A stretch of 30,386 bases of DNA, taken from the NCBI GenBank assembly GCA_045605405.1, contig JAZUPX010000113.1, positions 1 to 30,386 on the forward strand. The letters run 5' to 3'. Each line of letters starts with the position of its first letter. The stretch's first letter is position 1. The notes beneath the pieces were generated by a model. That model made no database searches and was not told where the DNA came from. It saw only the letters and a program-made list of their open reading frames with translations. The position numbers and the translations under genes were made by a program. Origin of the DNA: Clostridia bacterium. GTDB lineage: Bacteria > Bacillota > Clostridia > UMGS1883. This document shows positions 15,204-23,600 of the stretch, one piece after another.

Positions 15204-15803
15204 ATGTCTCTAAAAGGCGTTAACACAGTATCACGGGAAGCATGGGCCAAATATGTTCAAGCTGCAAACGACTATAAAAACGGGAAAAGAAATGCCGAAC
15301 AAGAGTTATACAAGTGTGTTGAGCAAGGGACGATAAGCAAAGAAGTCTACGACGCTGTGATAGAGCAGTATGCCGATTCTAACCGCATAAACAAAGAAAA
15401 TCAAACGAGACTTGAAGAACAAAGGAAGTCGAAATCTCGAAAGATAAAAAATGTGAAAGAAAAACGTGAACTTTACATTGGGAGACATCCACTAAAGGCT
15501 TACATGCCTATTTTGTTTTTCTTTTCTATAATTGCCGCAATAGGTATAGTTTTATCTGCCGTAGAAAATCCTACCTTTTGGGTAGCGGTTGCAGTCGGCT
15601 ATTTGTTAATAGTATTTTGGTTGTACTATTTTTCAAACAATCAAGACATACAGCAAAAAGACCGCGAAATTGCAGAGCTCAAAGAAGAGGTCAGGAAGCT
15701 TGAAGACATTAGAAAAAGCGACAAGCATATCATTGAATTGCTTGAAAAAGAATTAGAAAAGGTACACAATAGCTTGCAGCAAAACCAACATGAACCACTC
15801 TGA
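15204..15803 (+). CDS. Membrane protein with two TM helices flanked by charged/coiled-coil regions
   Basis: ILFFFSIIAAIGIVLSA and FWVAVAVGYLLIVFWLYYF; RBS AAAGGAG. Confidence 0.75.
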   Translation: MSLKGVNTVSREAWAKYVQAANDYKNGKRNAEQELYKCVEQGTISKEVYDAVIEQYADSNRINKENQTRLEEQRKSKSRKIKNVKEKRELYIGRHPLKAYMPILFFFSIIAAIGIVLSAVENPTFWVAVAVGYLLIVFWLYYFSNNQDIQQKDREIAELKEEVRKLEDIRKSDKHIIELLEKELEKVHNSLQQNQHEPL

Positions 15804-16022
15804 AGGGAGCTTTCTCATTCCAAAAAGATGCGCCCGTGGCGACGGAGCAATTTTCTTTGACGAAAAAATATATCGGTCAGGTCAGTCTCGGCGTAGATGG
15901 CGAAGAGCTTGCCGAACTTATTGATAGAAGAAATGAATTGGCCGCGTATGTCGGCGTAAAAGAAAGATAAACCGAAAAAGACCACGCGCACCACAAATTA
16001 ACTACGAAAGGAGTATCTTCTG

Positions 16023-17597
16023 ATGAAAAAAGCCGTTGTTTATGCCCGATATTCAAGCCATCGGCAAGGTGAGCAAAGTATCGAGGGACAGCTTGCGGCA
16101 GCATATAAGTACGCCGGCGAAAACGAATATAAAATAGTCCACGAATACATAGACCGTGCCATGACCGGCAGAAACGATAACCGGGAAGAATTTCAGAAGA
16201 TGCTGAAGGACACGGCCAAAAAACAGTTTGACACAATTATTTTGTGGAAAATAGACCGTTTCGGGCGTAACCGCGAGGAAATTGCCTTCAATAAGTATCG
16301 CTGTAAAAAGAACGGCGTAAAGGTTGTTTACGTAGCCGAAAGTATTCCTGATAGCCCTGAAGGTGTTATTTTGGAAAGTGTTTTAGAGGGTATGGCTGAA
16401 TATTACAGCCTCCAGCTTTCGCAAAATGTTATCAGAGGACAAAGAGCGAGTGCCGAAAAATGTCAATGCACCGGGGGAAATCAGTTGCTCGGCTATCGCA
16501 CCGACCCCAAAACTAAAAAATATATGATTGACGAAAAAACAGCACCAACGGCAAGGCTTATTTTCAAATTATATGCAGAGGGGATGACCGTTCCTGAAAT
16601 CGTCAACGAAGTAAACGGCAGAGGCCTTCGAACACTTCGAGGCAATAAGTTTACATGCAACAGCCTGTATTCAATGCTAAAAAATGAAAAGTATGTAGGG
16701 GTATATACTTATAAAAATGAAATAAGAGTAGAAGGAGGTGTACCGGCTATTATTGATAAAGAAACTTTTGAAAAGGTTCAGCGAATGCTGAAAGTAAATA
16801 AAAGAGCGCCGTCCCGGACTTGGAGCCGTGTCGAATACCTGCTGACCGACAAACTATTCTGCGGCACGTGCGGATCCAAGATGGTTGGCGAAAGTGGCAC
16901 CGGGAAAAGCGGGCAGAAATATAGCTATTATTCTTGCGTTAAACGGAAGAAGGAACACGCTTGCAACAAAAAACCTGTTCCACAGAATGAAATTGAACGC
17001 AAAGTACTTAATGCTATTTTGCGGATTCTTTATGATGATAAAACATTAGAATTTATTGCTGATGCAGTTTGGGAATATTACAAATCTCAGCATAAAGATG
17101 ATGAAACAAAAAAAGCATTGCAATCCAAGCTTTCCGAGATTGATAAAGCAATGGCAAATATTATGAAAGCAATTGAGGCGGGAATATTCAACGACAGCAC
17201 AAAAAAACGCATGGACGAATTAGACGCACAACGCGCGGAGATAGATGCGGAACTTGCAGGAATCGAACTGTCGCAAGCTTTAAAAATCACTCGTGAATAT
17301 GTATTATTTTTCCTCACAGAATTGCGAAAAGGAGATGTTAAAAGCCTCGATTTCCAAAAACGCTTGATAGATACTTTTGTAAATGCAATATTTGTGTACG
17401 ATGATAAGTTAACAATTACTTTAAATTATTCAAGTGACGGAAAAATCGTCACACTGGAGGATACAGATAGCATAGTCTCCGACGGAATGGTGTTCGGATG
17501 CCATGCGGAAAAGTCTGCCATAACAAACACAGTCGAACACCTTTCAATAGTTGTTTGGCGAAACATCTTCGCTGTAACTTTATTAGCTGAAGAGTAA
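16023..17597 (+). CDS. int: Large serine recombinase (integrase)
   Basis: AVVYARYSS (catalytic Ser), SIEGQ, DRFGRN, recombinase domain, zinc ribbon LFCGTCG...YYSC...C, coiled coil. Confidence 0.96.
   Translation: MKKAVVYARYSSHRQGEQSIEGQLAAAYKYAGENEYKIVHEYIDRAMTGRNDNREEFQKMLKDTAKKQFDTIILWKIDRFGRNREEIAFNKYRCKKNGVKVVYVAESIPDSPEGVILESVLEGMAEYYSLQLSQNVIRGQRASAEKCQCTGGNQLLGYRTDPKTKKYMIDEKTAPTARLIFKLYAEGMTVPEIVNEVNGRGLRTLRGNKFTCNSLYSMLKNEKYVGVYTYKNEIRVEGGVPAIIDKETFEKVQRMLKVNKRAPSRTWSRVEYLLTDKLFCGTCGSKMVGESGTGKSGQKYSYYSCVKRKKEHACNKKPVPQNEIERKVLNAILRILYDDKTLEFIADAVWEYYKSQHKDDETKKALQSKLSEIDKAMANIMKAIEAGIFNDSTKKRMDELDAQRAEIDAELAGIELSQALKITREYVLFFLTELRKGDVKSLDFQKRLIDTFVNAIFVYDDKLTITLNYSSDGKIVTLEDTDSIVSDGMVFGCHAEKSAITNTVEHLSIVVWRNIFAVTLLAEE
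17489..17541. other. Candidate attP inside the integrase 3' end
   Basis: Perfect 8-bp inverted repeat GGTGTTCG (17489-17496)/CGAACACC (17534-17541) spanning 53 bp, the usual size and symmetry of serine-integrase att sites. Confidence 0.55.
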
Positions 17598-17603
17598 ACA
17601 AAG

Positions 17604-17642
17604 CTCCGTAGTTGGCAATGCCTTCTACGGAGTTTCGTTTTT
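17604..17642 (+). terminator. Terminator after the integrase
   Basis: CTCCGTAG...CTACGGAG stem followed by TTTCGTTTTT. Confidence 0.7.
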
Positions 17643-17649
17643 ATCATGT

Positions 17650-17685
17650 TTTTCGAAAAAGTAAAAGCAGAGCCGAAGCTCTGCT
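17650..17685 (-). terminator. Terminator of the late operon
   Basis: Minus strand AGCAGAGC-TTCG-GCTCTGCT (cUUCGg loop) followed by TTTACTTTTT, just after the stop of the 2687-aa gene. Confidence 0.8.
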
Positions 17686-17694
17686 CTTATCATG

Positions 17695-20600
17695 TTATCT
17701 ATACGGGTTCTTTTTCCACGTTGTATTGACGCTCTGCCATAACGCGGCCTTTTCTTCGTAGGACAAGCCTTCGAGTAGTTCTACAGCTTCCCTTGCTTCA
17801 TCTTGCGTATATGTGCCGTACTTTCCCTTTTTCGTGGGTTTATCCACTTTGGCAAGGGCTTCAACAAAATCTGCATATATACTGCTGTCTATGCCGTTTT
17901 CATATGCATAGTTTGCGCCTTTGCTTTCGTTATTAAGCAAGAACAATCCCCATTCCGCGTCACTTGTTAAATTAAGCAACTTCATTGCCGCGGCTTTTTC
18001 TTTAACGCTTGTTCCATCCTTTCCGTCGCTTACCATCTCCTTGGCAAGCTGCCACAAGGTATATTCCGTTTCATCGATGCCAAACTTCATCGCTTCTACT
18101 CTGATTTTTCCCATTGCTTCACTAGTTGACGTTAAAAAGTTATTGAGGTCAGCTTCTGCATTTTTTCTCTGCACCGCAGTTGCAGTTTTCCACAATCGAT
18201 TTTGTTTAACTTTGCTAAGGCTACTCTTGTACTTTTTCTTGCTTGCATCCGCTTTATTCATGCGAGCTTCTATGCCGCCCTCTAAATCATCCTCTGAATA
18301 GCCATTCTTTACAAGGTCTTTGTAAATTAACCTATATGCAGCTTTGTCGTTCTTGTAGGCATTAAAGAGAATGTCAATAAAGTTCTTGCTGTTCCCTGCG
18401 TAGTTGATATCAAGCATCCCCTTTTCCATACGATACTGCATAAGGGGGCTGTCCGTTATGGTTGCTACAGACATAATAAGAGACTTGATGTCCCTCTTTA
18501 CGTTTGCAACGGGCAATCCGTAAAACCTTGCTATTTCTGCGAAAAGCTGCGCTGATGCTTCGGTTATCGTGTACTTACCCGTGCCTGTAACCGCTTTGTA
18601 CATATTCACGATAGCATTGTAGGTCTTTGCTATTGCTTCTGTGTCCATACGCTTAACATCATAACCTGCAAAAATTGACATAGCATCCTTTGCAAACGGA
18701 ACATAATTAAGCGGGTTTACCGTATCGCCCAAATTGGAGTTCATCAAATTTGTTTCTTCCCCATCTCCAACGAAAGCGGCAGTCCATTTTTCCCAGTAGT
18801 CCTTTTCCGTGTCATCGTCTCGCATTGCATCAATGATTGATTGTGCGCAAGCGTTTATAATCCCTGCTACCGCAAGCGATACCGCCGTTCTTCCAAGTTG
18901 AGATACAGCCCTTTTACGCGCATCCCCCTTCCCGTTCATCGCATCGTATAACGCCGATACAGCCATATTGTACTGTTTTGTAGGCTCACCCATAAAGGAC
19001 GTTGCCATCTTTGTTAAAGCGTCAGGGGAACGCATTAACTGGCTTCTCTGCAATATGCCGTCAACCACTTGCGTATGGTCTACAATTTCCGTAAACCTTT
19101 TTGCCACAGTTTCATAATACGCCTCCGAACCGACTTCAAGTTCTTTATGCGTTGCCTTTGTTTCCGCTTCTACCGCGTTCCACAACTGACCCCACGCAAG
19201 ACTATCAGCCATTGACGCACCCCACATGCCGACTTGTTTTGCTTTTTCAAGCTTGCTTGCATTGTCGAAAAGCACATCCTTCATCTGCCTGCCTGTGTTG
19301 ATGTCGAAATATCCCCAATCTTTCCATTGTGCAATAGGGGCATACTTCTTAGCCTTCGCAAAGCCTTTCAACGGTCTTACAGCACCTTGGGCCAGATAAC
19401 GGGCATCTATCATATCAAGCGCCCTTAGAATCGCCGTAGGCTGTTGGATAATAACGCGAAGATTGGCGCCAACGGATGCCGCTTTGTAACCGCCTATGAA
19501 CTTATCAAACGGATTCATATTGTCTGTGCCCTTTACACCTATTGCAATATCCGTCAAAAGCTTTTCAAGGTATTCCGAACCGACTTTTGCGCCATGTACG
19601 GTATCAAGGATACCTTTTACAGTTCCTGTCCTTGCGCCCTCTTCCCAAAACACAAAGTTTCTGATGCGATTTATATCTTCACTTGCGCCGAGCCAGGCAG
19701 CGTAAGTTGCCATGTCCGAAGAATGAGAAGCAAAGGTATCAAAGATACTGCCTATACGGACAGAAGTATTTGCGTGAGGCAGTGTGCCTTTTGCCATGCC
19801 TTTGTTGGCAACGGACGTTACAGATGTATCTTTTCCTATTTCGCTGCTTATCTCCTGCTTGTTCGTTCGAATTGTCCAATAGTTTTTCTCAAGGAATTTT
19901 TCATAGTTATAGACCTTTATACTGGCTTCATTGCCATATGCACTTAAAACGGTAGAAACAAACTTTTGCAATTCATCTGCAATCTTCTTTTCCTTGTCCG
20001 TGAGTTTCGACAACGCTGTCGAGATCTCATCAGCCGAAATGTTTCGTATTGGCTCTACTCTTGTGTTTTTCTTTAGTCCTTTACCATCGGTCACATCAGG
20101 AAGTATGCCGCCAACCATAATGTGCTCTACTGCCTGTCCGCGCTTCATAAGCACATACAGTTCCATGAGTTGTGCCGTTGTCAGTTGAACATTTTCACCG
20201 CCGAGTTTTACGGTATGCATGGTATTTTCAAGTACATTTACATTTACATCCTTTAATGTATCATGTGTGAATTCTGCTACCTCTTTCATGATGCTTATGT
20301 GCTTGTCTTGTGCGTCTCGCATCATACGGAAGATAGAATCACCTGCATTACCTAAAAAATGAAAGTATGTTTCAGGCGTAAGCATATTAAGTGTCAATGT
20401 TGTTTTGCCCTTACCTAAAACGCCTTTTAGCTCCGTTCTTTCTTTTTTTTCTGCGTTATCCGCCCTTAATGCTTCTGCAAACGCTGAAATCGTTGCAAAC
20501 TTCCCTTGTGCAAATGTTTTGTTTGCTGTGCTTATGCTTGCTTCCACCGCCCGTATTGTTTGCCATACAGTTTCAAGCTCACTTGATGTCATGTCTACAA

Positions 20601-23600
20601 TCCGCTTGTCCGCAAGAGAGATTACATTACTCAGCAAACCACCCTCAACTATCAAGTCAGGGTCTACAACCACCGAGAAAGCAATATTTTTGTAAATATC
20701 CCTAAGTTCATTAAACACTTGCGTTCTCTTTGCCGGCAAGCCATCATCATTCTTTTTGTATGAACCGCTTTCTGTGTCGTAAGTGTAATTGCTTTCAAGG
20801 TTGATGGATTCAAGCAGCGCCGCAACCGCGCCCCGCAACTCATGTGGAATGTGCTGATTGTCAGTAGGATTCACAAGCTTTTTGCTAAGGTCTCTTGCAT
20901 GTCTCATTATCCGTGCGCGGATAACCTTCGCCTTTTGGCTTTCACTCATTTTGGAGATTGCCGCGCGGCGCTTTTCTTGTTCCTTCCGGACTTTATCATC
21001 CCTCTGCTGCCTTAATTTATCAATTTTCTTTTTGGTTTTTTCCTTCTGTAATTCAATGAGCTTCTTGATTCTCTCATCCTTCTGCTGCCTTATCGATTCA
21101 GCCTTTTTTTCACCTTTGATTTTTGCTTCTACGACCCTTCGTTCTGCCTTGTCGGCAAAAGTAGGCTTTGCTTGCGGAATGTCAAAGAAACGGGAAGTAA
21201 GGTCATTTGCGAGGTGCATGGAAACTCGTTCAATCTGCCCGTCAAACGGGTTTGCCTCTGTTGTTCTGATGCTGTCAAGCACTTCTACGATGCGTTCCAA
21301 CTGGTCTGCTGAATTGGTTTGTTCTTCCTCGTTGAAAAACTCAGGATATAAGGAAGATAACTCCTGATAAACAGAATCAATGCTCCGTCCGTCATTGGTG
21401 AAGTTCAGCCGCCCCATATTTCTTTTGCGAAACTCGTTAAAGTTTTCATATACAGAAGGTATGCTGTCAAATCCTTCATAGAATTTAATGCGTGTAGTTC
21501 GCAAATAATCACGAAGGGCCTTATTCTCCTGATATAAATAATCATCCTTAACAAGCGCGTTTTTTACAATTTCCAATGCCACCTTGTAAGCTCTGCTGTA
21601 TACATCATCCCATACTGCCGGATGTCCGTCCTCGCCGTTCGCCATGTACCGATACAAGGAATCAATAGAAGCAAATGTTTCGTCATAGTCCGCATGACTG
21701 CTGTACTCCTTCAGAATGTCACGGGTCATTTTTGCAAGCTTCTTCGGGTCTGCCTTCGGAAACTTTGTAACCTCAAATTCACCTTTTAAATGCTCGATGA
21801 TGTCTAAAAGGTCTTTTCGGTCTTTTGCGCTCATGCCGTTGTTGGTATTTTTGAGGGAGAAAGAAACATCAGGTGCGCTGTTAACCTTAGAATCTTTGAA
21901 ATATTCCGACTGTGCTTCGGTTAAAGTGTTGCCTTTGTTGTCCTTTAAAGAATAGCTCTTTTGCTCCGTTCTGCGTAAATTTTCGATGACATTCCAGAAA
22001 GCTGGGCTTCCGTTGCGTTGGGATTGTCCCGGCAAAACTCCAGCATTTTGATTGTGTCCTCCGCCACCCAAGTTTCCCGTATTATTTTGGCTACTGTTGA
22101 CAATTCGCATCCAACCGCCGCGAGATACCCAGTTAACATACGCTGATTTTCCGTTAACGCTCTTGCCATTTTCTATTTCCTCCAATAAACCCATTAAAAT
22201 ATCTAATTCGAAGCTTCCGCCATCGCCTTTTCTTTCGTACAGAATAGTAGGATTGCCAGGTGTTGCCGTACTATATATGGCAAACAAAGCTTCCCCGTCA
22301 ATTCTGCCTTTATACCAACATCCATCCGTATCTGCGATTCTGTACGGTTCGTGATTATCAACCTGACGAATCCAATTCTCTACCATTCTGTACTGTCTTG
22401 CGTTCAAATCTGTGCGCCATTTCAGCGAATGGCTTACGTTATAATTATAATCCTCTTTTGCCTTAATTTCAAGATTTTTTGAAGTTTTTGACTCCGTACT
22501 CCTTGCCTGTATCGCCTTTTTGTTCTCCACAGCCTTTGCGAAAGCCGTCTCAAACATATCACGAAGTTTTGTAATTTCGTCGAGTTCCGCCTGTCCCTCT
22601 GCTCTTTCTCTGCCGCTTTTCCCCGTAAGGAAATCACTAATTTTCTTTATAATGTTTTTGAGAAAATCAACGTACTTCCTTAAGCCTTGCTTTGCCTTTT
22701 CGTCCGTGCCGTTAACAATTCTGTCAATAGCATCGTGGAATCTCGCTTCATCGTTATTATAAAGGTACAGAATGTTGTTTGCCGACAACTCTTCCATGGC
22801 TTCTGCAAGGGATATTTCTACATCCTGCGCGGCGTATGCATTTCGCTTTTCGTCTGCAAGAGTAAAATTTGAAGGCTCATTCCCGGCAAGATGATTGTAC
22901 ATTGCATATACGAACGCGCTACCTTCTTCCGGCGCAAGGTCAACCACTCTGTGAAGTGCCATTTCGTGCGCCGCATGGAATACAATAGAAACCTTCTGTC
23001 GGTTACCGTCTGCCCCGATTTCTCTTTCAAAATCAAAGTCAATAGGTACTTCCCCCGTTTGTCTGTTATACTCAGCGTTGCCTTTCAGCCCTTTTGCCAC
23101 ATATGATTTTACGCCTAAGCCTTCCGCCATTTGATTGAGAATGCCGACTTGCGTTTCGGTAACATCGCTCGGAAGGTTTTCAGCAAGGAAGCCGCTTTCC
23201 ATATTCACAACTGCGTTTCTAAACCTTTCCTTCGCGGCAAGGTCTTGCATTTGTCTGTCCATCTGCCCTGCTGTGAATGCATCCGCTTGCGCTTTGGAAA
23301 CAAACGCATTTTCAGCCTTTTTAATGTCCAAATCGGGCTGTTGAAAGCCTGTCACATATGATGCCTTGACCTCTGCCATTGCCTTAGAGAATGTCGCGCC
23401 TTCTTGATTGGAAAGATTCGCAACAAGCTTTGCACCCTCTTCGCCAAAGCCGGTGACCTTCCTTACCTCATCTGCAGTTATCTCCACGTCATACCCTGTA
23501 AGTCTGTCAAGCACTTCGTCGTTCACTTCGCCACGCCGCCGCGCTTCCAGAAGAGAAACGCCGTCCGTTCTGTTCCGTCTTGCAACAGCTTCCCTTGCCG

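Noticed and set aside
15836-15970. 44-codon GTG ORF (…LGVDGEELAELIDRRNELAAYVGVKER), faintly like an Mrr-type nuclease C-terminus
   Set aside because: No clear RBS, the similarity is a few residues judged by eye, and no catalytic motifs are present.
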